The notes: generated by a model not told the origin, from the letters alone. DNA of 64,000 bases from Spirochaetota bacterium (GCA_018262985.1 JADFDI010000010.1:9274-73273); one strand, 5' to 3'. Counted from the first letter of the stretch, positions 47,021 to 56,640 are shown. Numbers and translations: made by a program.

Positions 47021-48253
47021 CTACTTCAGCACGCCCAGTTCCCTGCCGGCCTCGGCGAAGGCCTGCACGGCGGCGTCGATCTGCTCCGTCGTATGCGCGG
47101 CGCTGATCTGCACGCGGATGCGTGCCTTGCCGCGCGGCACCACGGGGAAGCTGAAGCCGATGACGTAGACGCCCTTCTCGAGGAGGCGGTCCGCCAGCGC
47201 GTGCGCGAGCTTCTCGTCGTAGAGCATGACCGGCACGATGGGGTGGACGCCCGGGCGGATGTCGAAGCCCGCGGCCGTCATCCTCTCGCGGAAGCGCTTC
47301 GTGTTCGCCTCGAGCCTGTCGCGGAGCTCGGTGCTCGCGGTGAGGAGCTCGAGCGCGGCGAGCGTGCCGCCTACGATGGAGGGCGCCAGGGTGTTCGAGA
47401 ATAGGTAGGGCCGCGCCTTCTGCCTGAGGTACTCGACGATCTCCTTCCGCGCCGCCACGCAGCCACCCGAGGCGCCGCCCAGCGCCTTCCCGAAGGTCGT
47501 CGTGATGATGTCGATCCGGCCCGCCACGCCGCGATATTCCCAGGTGCCGCGGCCCTTCGTCCCGGTGAAGCCCGTAGCGTGGCTGTCGTCCACCATGACG
47601 AGGGCGTCGTACTTCTCCGCCAGGTCGCAGATCGCCTTGAGGTCGGCGATGTCGCCGTCCATCGAGAAGACGCCGTCGGTGGCGATCATGCGGAACTTAG
47701 CGCCCTTCGCCTCCTTGAGGCAGCGCTCGAGACCCTTGGCGGTCTTGCCCGTGTCGGGGTCGGTCTCCTCCACGTCGCGGAGGTCGCCGTGCTTCCAGAT
47801 CCAGCGCTTCGCCTTGCACAGGCGCACCCCGTCGATGATGGACGCATGGTTCAGGCTGTCGGTGATGATGGCCGAATCCTCGTCGAGGAGCGGCTCGAAG
47901 ACGCCGCCGTTCGCGTCGAAGCAGGACGAGAAGAGGATGCAGTCTTCGGTCCCGAGGAAATCGGCGACCGCCTTCTCGAGCTTCTTGTGCAGGTCCTGCG
48001 TGCCGCAGATGAAGCGAACGCTCGAAAGCCCGTAGCCGCGCCCGTCGAGCGCCGCGCGGGCGCCCGCGACCACCGCCGGATGGTTGGAAAGGCCGAGGTA
48101 GTTGTTGGCGCAGAAGTTCACCACTTCCTTGCCGTCGGAGGTGCGGATCAGCGCGCCCTGCGGCGTCGCGATCACGCGCTCGTTCTTGTAGGTCCCGTCG
48201 GCCCGGATGGCCGCGAGCTTCTTCGTCAAATCGTCTTTCAGCGCGCCGTACAC
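47021..48253 (-). CDS. kbl: glycine C-acetyltransferase (2-amino-3-ketobutyrate CoA ligase)
   Basis: GTG start. Colinear with E. coli Kbl throughout ([64 protein letters not shown]). Confidence 0.9.
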   Translation of the reverse strand: MYGALKDDLTKKLAAIRADGTYKNERVIATPQGALIRTSDGKEVVNFCANNYLGLSNHPAVVAGARAALDGRGYGLSSVRFICGTQDLHKKLEKAVADFLGTEDCILFSSCFDANGGVFEPLLDEDSAIITDSLNHASIIDGVRLCKAKRWIWKHGDLRDVEETDPDTGKTAKGLERCLKEAKGAKFRMIATDGVFSMDGDIADLKAICDLAEKYDALVMVDDSHATGFTGTKGRGTWEYRGVAGRIDIITTTFGKALGGASGGCVAARKEIVEYLRQKARPYLFSNTLAPSIVGGTLAALELLTASTELRDRLEANTKRFRERMTAAGFDIRPGVHPIVPVMLYDEKLAHALADRLLEKGVYVIGFSFPVVPRGKARIRVQISAAHTTEQIDAAVQAFAEAGRELGVLK

Positions 48254-48537
48254 CTCTGTCCCTCCCGTGGAAACTGTCGCGACGATGATACACCCTTTTA
48301 TCGAAACCGGCCATGCGTAGAAAGATGCGCGAGCGCGCAGATACTCCGAGAGGATGACCGTAAGGGAGGATGCGAATCGGGGCGGGGGAGACAGGCGCCG
48401 AAGTCCGCAGCTCGCCTCGCCCGCCTCGAGACGGCACGCGAACGCCTCCGGGCGGCCGCGGCGACGAAGCCGCGGAACTGCTTCGCCGATATTCCGGCGC
48501 AGGCTCGGGCGACAGCGATCGTGCCAGTCATCACATA

Positions 48538-48732
48538 GGGACAGAGCTCACAGGGCAACAAGCGAGTCCCCCCCATAGGGACAGAGCTCAGAGATGGCAA
48601 CAACGGAATCAAAGGGACAGAGCTTCCGGCAACAACGAGAGCAGGGACAGAGCTTCCGGCAACAACGAGAGCAGGGACAGAGCTCTCATGAAGGAACGAC
48701 TCGGTTCCAGGGACGTTTTGGGGACAGAGCTT
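48538..48732 (+). repeat. array of six GGGACAGAGCT(C/T) copies immediately upstream of the RAYT-like gene
   Basis: Copies at 48538, 48578, 48614(v), 48644(v), 48674, 48721(v). The 30-nt unit ggcaacaacgagagcagggacagagcttcc occurs twice. catagggacagagctca occurs twice. Confidence 0.95.
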
Positions 48733-48793
48733 CAGCGATGTAAAAATATTCTGCGAGCGCAAGCGCCCTGTCGTCTTTTGACGGTACGATGGC

Positions 48794-49342
48794 ATGCACA
48801 AACCACGCTTGCTGAGGGATGGCGCCTTGTACCACGTCACCGCGCGCGCAAACCGCCAGGAGCTCGTGATGAAGGGGGCCGCCATGAAAGCGCTCTTCAT
48901 CCGTACGCTCCGCCGCGCGAGGAAACGGTACGATTTCCGTCTCGAGAACTTCTGCGTCATGGGAAACCATTTCCACCTCATGATCCGCCCCGGCCCGAAC
49001 GAAAGCCTCTCGCGGATCATGCAGTGGATCATGAGCGTCTACGCCATGGCCTGGAACCGTCGCCATCGGCTGACCGGTCACCTTTGGGGCGATCGGTTTT
49101 TCTCGCGAATCATCGAAGGCCTCAAAACCTTCCTCGAAGTGTTCAAGTATCTCGACGACAATCCGGTGAGCGCCGGGCAGGTATCGAATCCGCGCGAGTG
49201 GCGCTTCGGAGGGCTCTGGCGCCAACGTACCGGGTTCCCGGATCCCGGCGAGCCGCCATCCTCGCACGTGGCGCTGCTCTTCCCGGAACACGTAAAACTC
49301 GCGTTGCCCGCGCCCGTCACGACTTTCGATTCAACGTCGTGA
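48794..49342 (+). CDS. IS200/IS605-type Y1 (HUH) transposase homolog, RAYT-like
   Basis: LYHVTARANRQE, CVMGNHFHLMI (HUH), WNRRHRLTGHLWGDRFFS, YLDDNPVSAG are colinear with the Y1_Tnp / REP-associated tyrosine transposase family. Single gene with no tnpB. GC lower than surroundings. Confidence 0.75.
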   Translation: MHKPRLLRDGALYHVTARANRQELVMKGAAMKALFIRTLRRARKRYDFRLENFCVMGNHFHLMIRPGPNESLSRIMQWIMSVYAMAWNRRHRLTGHLWGDRFFSRIIEGLKTFLEVFKYLDDNPVSAGQVSNPREWRFGGLWRQRTGFPDPGEPPSSHVALLFPEHVKLALPAPVTTFDSTS

Positions 49343-49687
49343 ATCGCCCCCTCTCCATCAACATCCGCGTCCCGGCCCATCCTCGCCCCCGCACGCCGCT
49401 CGCCCCCTACGCGGCAACGCAACCGCCCGGTCGAACTCCCGCCGACGGAGCGCCCTAACCGCGATGCGGGGTGTCGTCATCCATGACGTACCCGTCCGAC
49501 GAGCGGACGGGCCAAATGTCTGGCGCGCATGCGTCCTTTCGGTTCGCTTTCGGCAAGGAAATGGTTACAGTGCCCGCGTTCCGCGCGGGCGACCTCATCC
49601 TTGCGCGCCTGCTGCGCGGCTTGGTAAACCCCGCCGATGTTTTCGGGGTGAATGCGACGCGGAGGGTGGCGCGTGGAAATACGCCTG

Positions 49688-49717
49688 CGCGCGCTCCAAG
49701 CGCGCGGGTGTTTTTTT
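49688..49717 (+). terminator. intrinsic terminator
   Basis: 7-bp GC stem cgcgcgc/gcgcgcg with loop tccaa, then ggtg plus T7 (49711-49717). Confidence 0.6.
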
Positions 49718-49796
49718 CCTGCGACAGGACCCCCGCTCGCGGACTCTGATAAAACCTTCGACGCTTTCCCCAGAAATCCTCGGTGCGGACGGCGCG

Positions 49797-50060
49797 CTAT
49801 TTCGACGCGCCCGAGTACGCCTCGATGGCCTCCATCTCCGTCTCCAGCCGTGAGAGGTCGCGGAGCAGGCGGTCGATGCGGAGGCTCACGACGTCGCGGC
49901 CGCCCTGGCCGGCGGCCTCGGCGAGGCGCTCGAAGGGGCCGGCCAGGGACTCCTCGAAGCTGGCTCGGCTTTCCTCGGCGGCCTTCGAGCCGCAGTAGGG
50001 GCAGAAGGCGAAGCTGCGGAGTATCATCCGGCCGCAGGAGGCGCAGAACGCGACGCGCAT
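49797..50060 (-). CDS. small zinc-ribbon protein
   Basis: N-terminal CASCG...17 aa...CPYCG zinc-ribbon pattern followed by a helical tail. 20 nt downstream of phoH2 on the same strand. Confidence 0.5.
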   Translation of the reverse strand: MRVAFCASCGRMILRSFAFCPYCGSKAAEESRASFEESLAGPFERLAEAAGQGGRDVVSLRIDRLLRDLSRLETEMEAIEAYSGASK

Positions 50061-50080
50061 CGCCCTTCCCTCCCTTGGTC

Positions 50081-51388
50081 CTAGAGCAGGGTCGAGGCGA
50101 GCTCGGCGAGCTCGCTCCGCTCGCTCCGGGCGAGCGTGACGTGGCCGTAGCAGGCCTGGCCCTTGAACGCCTCCACGAGGAACGAGAGCCCGTTCGAGTT
50201 GGCGTCCAGGTACATGTTGTCGATCTGGTAAGGATCGCCGGTCAGGATGACCTTGGTGCCGTCGCCGGCGCGGCTGACTATGGTCTTGACCTCGTGGGGA
50301 GTGAGGTTCTGCGCTTCGTCGATGACGATGTAGAGGTTCGGGAGCGAGCGCCCGCGGATGTAGGTCAGGGCTTCGATCTCGATGACGCGGTCCTTAAGCA
50401 GCTGTTCGGCGCTCTTCATGTTCGGGCGCTTGTGGACGCCCAGGATATACTCGAGGTTGTCGAAGATGGGCTGCATCCAGGCGCTCATCTTGGCGGACTT
50501 CTCGCCGGGCAGGTAACCGATGTCCTTGCCGACGGGGATGACGGGCCGCGACACGAGCATGCGCGAGTACTTCTTCTCGTCGAGGATCTTCTTGAGGCCC
50601 GCGGCGATGGCCATGAGGGTCTTGCCCGTGCCCGCCTTGCCGACCAGGGTGACCAGCTTGATCCGGTCGTCGAGGAGGAGGTCGAAGGCCATGCGCTGGC
50701 GCTCGTTGAGCGCCGAGATGCCGGATACTTCCTCGTACTTGGCCTCCACGAGCTCAAGGCGGCCTTCGACGGCGTCGTAGCGGGCCAGGCGCTGGAGGTC
50801 GCCGGAGCGCGAGCGGAGCGTGACGAACTCGTTGGCCAGGAGCTTGTCGGGCCAGGGCAGCCCGACGCCGGAATCGAGGGCGGCGAGGTCCTCGCCCGTG
50901 GCGACCGCGTCGCGGAAGCCCGAGTGGAGCCGGTCGATGTCGACCTTCTGCTTGTCGTAGTCGACGGCCCTGATGCCGAGCGCCGTGGCCTTGACGCGGG
51001 CGTTGATGTCCTTGGAGACGAAGAACACCTTGCGCCCCTCCTGCTGGAGGGCGTAGGCGCAGAGGATGATGCGGTTGTCGTACTTGCCCGCGTCGAACTC
51101 CCGGGGGCGCTCGGCGGGCAGATCGAGGGCGACGCGGAGGGTCGAGCCGTTCTCCAGCTTCACGCCCGCGTGCAGGTTCCCCTTCCCCGACACCGAGTCG
51201 AGGAAGCGGATGGCGTCGCGGGCGGCCTTCCCTTTGTAGTCGGGCGAGATCTTGAGCCCGTCGAGCTCCTCGAGCACCCAGAGGGGGATGACCACCTCGG
51301 TGTCCTTGAAGGACATGACCGCCTCGGGGTTGTGCACGAGCACGTTGGTGTCCACCACGAAGGTCTTGATCGACTTGTCCTCGGACAT
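50081..51388 (-). CDS. PIN-domain plus PhoH-like ATPase (PhoH2 / YlaK type)
   Basis: N-terminal PIN (FVVDTNVLVHNP). PhoH domain with Walker A GKAGTGKT, IVIDEAQNLTPHE, GDPYQID. Confidence 0.9.
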   Translation of the reverse strand: MSEDKSIKTFVVDTNVLVHNPEAVMSFKDTEVVIPLWVLEELDGLKISPDYKGKAARDAIRFLDSVSGKGNLHAGVKLENGSTLRVALDLPAERPREFDAGKYDNRIILCAYALQQEGRKVFFVSKDINARVKATALGIRAVDYDKQKVDIDRLHSGFRDAVATGEDLAALDSGVGLPWPDKLLANEFVTLRSRSGDLQRLARYDAVEGRLELVEAKYEEVSGISALNERQRMAFDLLLDDRIKLVTLVGKAGTGKTLMAIAAGLKKILDEKKYSRMLVSRPVIPVGKDIGYLPGEKSAKMSAWMQPIFDNLEYILGVHKRPNMKSAEQLLKDRVIEIEALTYIRGRSLPNLYIVIDEAQNLTPHEVKTIVSRAGDGTKVILTGDPYQIDNMYLDANSNGLSFLVEAFKGQACYGHVTLARSERSELAELASTLL

Positions 51389-51482
51389 GCTGCCTCCCGC
51401 GCTCCGGCCTACCCCTCAAGTATAGGAAGGGCGGGGAGCGTTTCCACTCCCCGCCCTTCGATGCGCCGCGTTTCCGCTCCGC

Positions 51483-51866
51483 TCAGGAAGCCTTGGGCTT
51501 CCGGCCGCGCTTCTTCGGGCCGGTGGCCGCCACGGGCTCGACCTCGATGGCCGGGGGCTCGTCGTCGGTGAGCTCGAGCACCTCGTGGAACTCGAGGCGC
51601 TTCTGGCGCCCGCGGGTCTGGTCGCGGCCGCGCACCGACACGTACTCCTCGGTGACGCCGGCGACCACGCCCCATTCCTGGCCCTTGGAGGTTTCGAAGC
51701 GGACGAAGGCGCCCACGTGAAGCTTCTTCATGAGATCCTTGGCTCCGGCCTTGCGGAGCTCGAGGCGGCGCGCGTCGATGCGGGCGACCAGCGCGTCGAG
51801 CTCCCCGAAGCCGGCGCCGTCCACGAAATCGGCCGCGTCGTCGAAGCCGGAGTTCTTTCCTGCCAT
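51483..51866 (-). CDS. hypothetical protein with basic C-terminal tail
   Basis: Strong SD-containing leader CCACGGGAGGGACAC before the ATG. High GC3. C-terminal KKRGRKPKAS. No family recognised. Confidence 0.45.
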   Translation of the reverse strand: MAGKNSGFDDAADFVDGAGFGELDALVARIDARRLELRKAGAKDLMKKLHVGAFVRFETSKGQEWGVVAGVTEEYVSVRGRDQTRGRQKRLEFHEVLELTDDEPPAIEVEPVAATGPKKRGRKPKAS

Positions 51867-52075
51867 GTGTCCCTCCCGTGGGTGTGTTGGTTTGGTTCAT
51901 AGAGTATACGACACCGCGCCGCCCTCCGGGGAAGCCTTTCCGCCCGAAAAACGCCGCCGCGCCGGGCGGTGCGGCCGGCGGGTCGAAGCGGGCTGTCGGG
52001 TGCCGGGGACGGAGCCGCCGCCCGAGCCGCGAAGGCCCCCGAGTTGCCCTTTCCCCCGGCGCTTCCTTCCCCGCC

Positions 52076-52636
52076 TCAGGCCTTGCGGGGGCGGAGGAAG
52101 CCGAAGAAGGCGCCCATGAGGCCGCCGATGATGTGGGCGAACTCGCTGACCTGGTTCGAGGCGAAGCTGGCGAGCACCTCGCGGCCGAGGAAAAGGACCA
52201 TGACGAGGAGGAAGGTGACCGGTATCTCGCCCTTGCCGAAATTGGTGAAGCTGGCGAGGAGGATCATCATGAAGACGATGCCGGACGCGCCCATGAGCGA
52301 GGTCGGGAAGATCAGGGCGTTGAGGATGCCGGTGGCCAGGGCCGTGACGCCGCCCATGAGCAACATGAGGCCCGAGCCGTAGACTGCCTCGAGGATGGGG
52401 CCGAGCAGCAGGATCATCATGAAGTTCGAGAGGAAGTGCTCGAGACCCGCGTGGCCCGCGACGTGGGACACGAGGCGCAGCCAGTCGAGCGGATCGCCGG
52501 CGCGGAAGGTGCCGCGCGCGGGGGCGCTGAAGAGGTTCTCGGCGAGGCCCGGGAAGGCGACGGAATCGAGCGCCAGGACGAGGCCCGACACGAGCGTGAA
52601 CGTGAGCACCGCCGGCGCGTTGTACTTGATCTTCAT
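52076..52636 (-). CDS. rhomboid-family intramembrane serine protease
   Basis: Start MKIKYNAP at 52636. 6 TM helices. GASGIVF (catalytic Ser) and FAHIIGGLMG (catalytic His) motifs. Confidence 0.75.
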   Translation of the reverse strand: MKIKYNAPAVLTFTLVSGLVLALDSVAFPGLAENLFSAPARGTFRAGDPLDWLRLVSHVAGHAGLEHFLSNFMMILLLGPILEAVYGSGLMLLMGGVTALATGILNALIFPTSLMGASGIVFMMILLASFTNFGKGEIPVTFLLVMVLFLGREVLASFASNQVSEFAHIIGGLMGAFFGFLRPRKA

Positions 52637-53412
52637 ACGTCCAGGCTCACGGAGACGGGGCAGTGGTCGCTGCCCTGCACCTGGTCGAGGATGGCGGCGC
52701 CCGTGACCTTGGTCGCGAGATCCCGGTCGACGCAGTGGTAGTCGATCCTCCACCCTATGTTCTTCTCGCGGGCGCGCGTGCGGTAGCTCCACCAGGAGTA
52801 CTTCTCCGGCGAGGGGTCGAACATGCGGAAGGTGTCGACGTAGCCGGAGCCCAAGAAGGAATCCATCCAGGCGCGCTCCTCGGGCAGGTAGCCGGGGTTG
52901 CCCTCGTTCTCCTTCGGGCGGGCGAGGTCGATCGGCTTGTGCGCGATGTTGAAGTCGCCGCAGACGAGCACGCGGCGCCCTTTGGCCACGAAGCCGTCGA
53001 GCAGGTCCTTCATGGCCGCGCAGTAGCCGAGCTTGTACTCAAGGCGCGCGCCCGCGTCCTGCGAGTTCGGGAAGTAGGCGGAGACGAGGACGAAGAGCCC
53101 GAAGTCGGCCACGAGGGTGCGGCCTTCGTCGTCGAATTCCGGGACGCCCATGAACGAGACCGAGCGGGGTTCCTCGCGCGACCAAATGGCGACGCCCGAA
53201 TAGCCGCGCTTCTTCGCGCTGGCCCAGTAGGCGCGGTAGGGGCGGCCTTCGGAATCCGCGGGCGCGAGCAGCTCCTTCGGGAGCTGGTCCGGGTCGGCCT
53301 TGGTCTCCTGCAGGCAGAGCACGTCGGGGCGCTCCGCGTCGAGCCAGTCGAGCAGTCCTTTCGAATGCGCGGAGCGCACGCCGTTGACGTTCCAAGAGAT
53401 CAGCCTGGTCAT
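52633..53412 (-). CDS. xth: exodeoxyribonuclease III
   Basis: SWNVNG, LCLQETK, GDFNIAH, WSYR, IDY, GSDHCPVS are full-length ExoIII/APE motifs. Confidence 0.9.
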   Translation of the reverse strand: MTRLISWNVNGVRSAHSKGLLDWLDAERPDVLCLQETKADPDQLPKELLAPADSEGRPYRAYWASAKKRGYSGVAIWSREEPRSVSFMGVPEFDDEGRTLVADFGLFVLVSAYFPNSQDAGARLEYKLGYCAAMKDLLDGFVAKGRRVLVCGDFNIAHKPIDLARPKENEGNPGYLPEERAWMDSFLGSGYVDTFRMFDPSPEKYSWWSYRTRAREKNIGWRIDYHCVDRDLATKVTGAAILDQVQGSDHCPVSVSLDV

Positions 53413-53471
53413 GCCTTCATCCTTCCGGGCTCCCCGCGGATCCGGGCGGCGCCGGGGGCCCGCGCGGGGGA

Positions 53472-54467
53472 TCAGGGTCCTTCGGTCACCTCGAGCTGGA
53501 CCGAGAGGACGATGTCGTAGGTTCGCCCCTTCACGGCGGTGAAGCGGCGGGTGACGGTGTAGTCGCCGAGGCGGCAGACCAGCGTGTGCTCGCCGGCTTC
53601 GATCTCGAGGCGCGGGTTCGCGGCGTGATCCCAGGGAAGGCCGTCGAGCTCGATGAGGGCGAGGTCGGGCGCCTGGACGCGGAGGACGGGGGCCGTTCCA
53701 GCGAGCTCGAGCGCGAGTTCGACGACGCGGCCGGCCTCCACCGTGACCGTGCGGTGCTCGTCGCGGAAACCGGGAACCGAGACCTGCACCGAGCGGACGC
53801 CCTTCTTCAGGATGATGAGTCCTTCCCTGAGCTCGACCTTCTTGCCGTCGACCCAAACCTCCGGCGCGGCGGCCGGGGTCGCGCCTTCGGCGTTGCGGAG
53901 CGTGAGCGCGATGCCTCCCTCGTCGGTGTAGAGGGGTCGGACGCGGAGGCGGAACACGGCCTTCTCGAGCTCCGCGGAGACGCCTTTGCCGGCCGCCTCC
54001 AGGTGGAACAGCAGGGGATAGCGGTTGGAGGCCACGAGCTCGGGTATGACGAGGGCGTAGGGACCGCCGCGGAGGGTGTGGCGCGCGATGGCGGGCACCT
54101 GGACGACGAGGGAAACGCGCGCCGGAAGGGGTTGCGTCGCCACGTGGATCGCGCGGTAGTCGAAGAGGTCCTTCGAGGGTTCCGGCGCGAGGGAGCGCCA
54201 GACCGACCAGAGTATCGACGACGAGGCGGCCATGGCCGGCGGCGGAACGCGCAGCTCGAACTCGAGGCCCTGGATGAAGGGGTTCGGGGAGTCGAAGGTG
54301 ACGGCGACCGCGTCGCCGAGCACGCACTCCACCCAGGCGCCTTCCTCGGCGAGGCCGGAAAGTTCGACGACGGCGGCCACGGGAACGCGGAGCCGCTCCT
54401 GCGCCGCGACGGGCAGGCACAGGGCGAGAAGGGTAGCCGCGAGCAAGGTCGTGCGTAGGTTCATCAT
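53472..54467 (-). CDS. secreted hypothetical protein with PEGA-like beta domain
   Basis: Signal peptide MMNLRTTLLAATLLALCLPVAAQ. C-terminal VWVDGKKV...GVRSVQVSVPGFRDE resembles PEGA-type domains. Confidence 0.5.
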   Translation of the reverse strand: MMNLRTTLLAATLLALCLPVAAQERLRVPVAAVVELSGLAEEGAWVECVLGDAVAVTFDSPNPFIQGLEFELRVPPPAMAASSSILWSVWRSLAPEPSKDLFDYRAIHVATQPLPARVSLVVQVPAIARHTLRGGPYALVIPELVASNRYPLLFHLEAAGKGVSAELEKAVFRLRVRPLYTDEGGIALTLRNAEGATPAAAPEVWVDGKKVELREGLIILKKGVRSVQVSVPGFRDEHRTVTVEAGRVVELALELAGTAPVLRVQAPDLALIELDGLPWDHAANPRLEIEAGEHTLVCRLGDYTVTRRFTAVKGRTYDIVLSVQLEVTEGP

Positions 54468-55414
54468 GGATTCCGGGGTAGGACCGGCAGGGGGTCGCGC
54501 GCCGCGCCCCCCAAGCGGACCTCGAAATGCAGGTGCGGACCCGTCGATTGGCCCGTGCTGCCGACTTCTCCGATGATACTACCGGATGCGACGACGTCGC
54601 GCAATGCCGCCAGCCTTTTCGAGAGGTGTCCGTAGAGGGTTGACCAGCGGCCCTCGTGCTCTACGACGAGGTACTCGCCGTAGACCGGGTCGAAGCCCGC
54701 CGCGGTCACGGTGCCCGCGCGCGCGGCGTAGACCGGGGTGCCGGCCGGCGCGGCCAGGTCGATGCCGGCGTGCATCGATGGCTTTCCGGTGAAGGGGCTG
54801 GGGCGAGAGCCGAACGAGCTCGTAAGGCGTCCCTTGGGCAGCGGGAAGCGGAACTGGATGTTGAGGAAGAAGGCCCGCTCGCTCGGATTGAAGCGGGCGC
54901 CCGGCAGGAAGCGGAAGCGGGCGGCGCCCGAGGGCAGGGCCAGCTCGACGGGATAGCCCGCGTCGGGCTCCTCGACGCGGCCAGCGGCCACGAGGTGCTC
55001 GAGGTCGTTCGCGGGGCTCGCGGCTACGAAGATTCCCGGCACCGATGGTATGACGACGAGGCGCCCGGCGGGGATGGCCTCCTGGCCGGCGAGGCGGTTG
55101 GCCGTGACGATGGCTTCGTAGGGCAGGTCGAAGCGCGCGGCCAGCGAGAAGACGTCGGTCGGCGCGTCGGAGCGCCAGAAGGCGAGCACCAGGTCTGGCC
55201 AGGGGGCGGTGCCCGCTTCCGCTCGGCGCCCCTGGGCGGCGGAGTCGGTGAATTGGCGGAACACGAGGTCGACCGGGTCGAGGCGGCGGATGAGGGGATA
55301 GACGAAGGCGGCGCCCTGGGCCGCCGAACGCGCGCCGAGGGAGAGCGAGAGCCAGGCGACGAGGCAACCGAAGAGGGCGCGAACCGGTATCCGCGCGAAC
55401 CGCGAGCCGCTCAG
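54464..55414 (-). CDS. M23 family metallopeptidase with LysM-like segment; start codon uncertain
   Basis: HAGIDLAAPAGTPVYAA and GSTGQSTGPHLHFEV are M23 motifs. A signal-peptide-like RIPVRALFGCLVAWLSLSLGARSAAQG lies just inside the 5' end. No ATG/GTG/TTG nearby, so a CTG at 55414 overlapping the upstream stop is proposed. Confidence 0.75.
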   Translation of the reverse strand: MSGSRFARIPVRALFGCLVAWLSLSLGARSAAQGAAFVYPLIRRLDPVDLVFRQFTDSAAQGRRAEAGTAPWPDLVLAFWRSDAPTDVFSLAARFDLPYEAIVTANRLAGQEAIPAGRLVVIPSVPGIFVAASPANDLEHLVAAGRVEEPDAGYPVELALPSGAARFRFLPGARFNPSERAFFLNIQFRFPLPKGRLTSSFGSRPSPFTGKPSMHAGIDLAAPAGTPVYAARAGTVTAAGFDPVYGEYLVVEHEGRWSTLYGHLSKRLAALRDVVASGSIIGEVGSTGQSTGPHLHFEVRLGGAARDPLPVLPRNP

Positions 55415-55824
55415 GAAGCGCTCCGGGCGAAGAGCGCGAGCCCCGCCGCCAGGACGAGCGCGCCGACGAGCGGTACGCCGAGCCAGGGCAGCCGCGCGGC
55501 GAGGGCGAGCGCGGGGAGGGCGGCGAGCGCGCAGCCCGCGAGCGCGAGGCTCCGGGCCGCGCCGAGGCGATCGGCGCGGGGCGCGCCCGCGCGCCGAGCC
55601 GCCGCGCGCGATCGGGCGGAAGCGAGGACGAGCGCGGCACCGGCGAGAACCATGATCGAGAGCGCGTAGGCTCGCGGGTTCGAGGTGGCGGCGAGCCAGA
55701 GCGGCCACGCGACCAGGGCGCTGAGGCAGCCCGCCAGGACCACGGCGATCGCGAGGCCGGCGCCCGTCCTCAACGCCGCGAGATAGCCGCGCGCCACCTT
55801 CCCAAGGGCTTCCGACGCCCTCAT
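55411..55824 (-). CDS. hypothetical membrane protein (4 TM)
   Basis: Ala/Leu-rich hydrophobic helices. 4-nt overlaps with both neighbouring genes. Confidence 0.45.
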   Translation of the reverse strand: MRASEALGKVARGYLAALRTGAGLAIAVVLAGCLSALVAWPLWLAATSNPRAYALSIMVLAGAALVLASARSRAAARRAGAPRADRLGAARSLALAGCALAALPALALAARLPWLGVPLVGALVLAAGLALFARSAS

Positions 55825-56594
55825 TTCGCGCTCCCCGCCATCGGACGCGCGCGCGCGTAGGCCAGGAGCAGGGGCAATTCGGCACGGGCGGCCGTGCGCC
55901 TGAGCTTCCGGAGCAGGGAAGCCCGGTCCGCGGAGGGCTCGGAAAGGGCTCGGGCCGATTTGAGGGTCGAAACCGCGTAGATGCGATCCTCTATCGCGGC
56001 GCAGAGCGCATCCAGGTCGGAGGCGTCGCGGGCGTCGAGCTCGACGCGCGGTGGGCCGGAGATCCAGGCGGCGAAGGCTTCCGGCTCGAGGAGCGTGGCG
56101 TCCTCCAGGGCTTCCTCCATCATCGAGACCGCGGGGCTGGTCCGGAAGAAGGCGCGGTCGAGGGCGAGCCGGAGGCTCGCGAGGCGGGTGGAGAAGGCCG
56201 GCGAAGCCAGGGCCCGGCGTTCGAGCCAGAACCAGGATGCGACGGCGCCGAGCCCGGACACGAGGAGCTCGTCGACGAGCGGCACGGGATCGCGTATGAC
56301 GATGCCCAGGAACAGGTAGAGGACGATGAAGACGAGCGAGGCGACGGCCAGCCGGAAGGCGAAGCCGCGATCGAGGGCGTCGGCCTTGGCGCCGGAGTCC
56401 AAGGCCGCCTGCAGGCGGGAACGCAGGGCGGCCGGATCGACCGCGCCGTCCTCGGCCGAACCGAGCAGGCCCTCGAAAAGGATCGTGGAGGCTTCCGCCC
56501 GGAAGACCCGCGAGCCGGGGTAGAAGGGGTGGAGGAGGAGGGAGGAGCCGGGTCGGGACCGCAGCTCGAAAACCCGGAACGGCTCGGCGCTCAT
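55821..56594 (-). CDS. hypothetical membrane protein
   Basis: Two central TM helices (FRLAVASLVFIVLYLFLGIVI; LLVSGLGAVASWFWL). High GC3. Confidence 0.5.
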   Translation of the reverse strand: MSAEPFRVFELRSRPGSSLLLHPFYPGSRVFRAEASTILFEGLLGSAEDGAVDPAALRSRLQAALDSGAKADALDRGFAFRLAVASLVFIVLYLFLGIVIRDPVPLVDELLVSGLGAVASWFWLERRALASPAFSTRLASLRLALDRAFFRTSPAVSMMEEALEDATLLEPEAFAAWISGPPRVELDARDASDLDALCAAIEDRIYAVSTLKSARALSEPSADRASLLRKLRRTAARAELPLLLAYARARPMAGSAK

Positions 56595-56640
56595 GGGGTC
56601 AAGGTACGGAACGGCCCGGAGGCTGTCAAGCGGAGGCGGG

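Noticed and set aside
49464-49853. ORFs of 129 aa and 92 aa (49471-49749) downstream of the RAYT-like gene
   Set aside because: Both run straight through a strong intrinsic terminator and several hairpins. They have no RBS or recognisable domains. The region is treated as non-coding.
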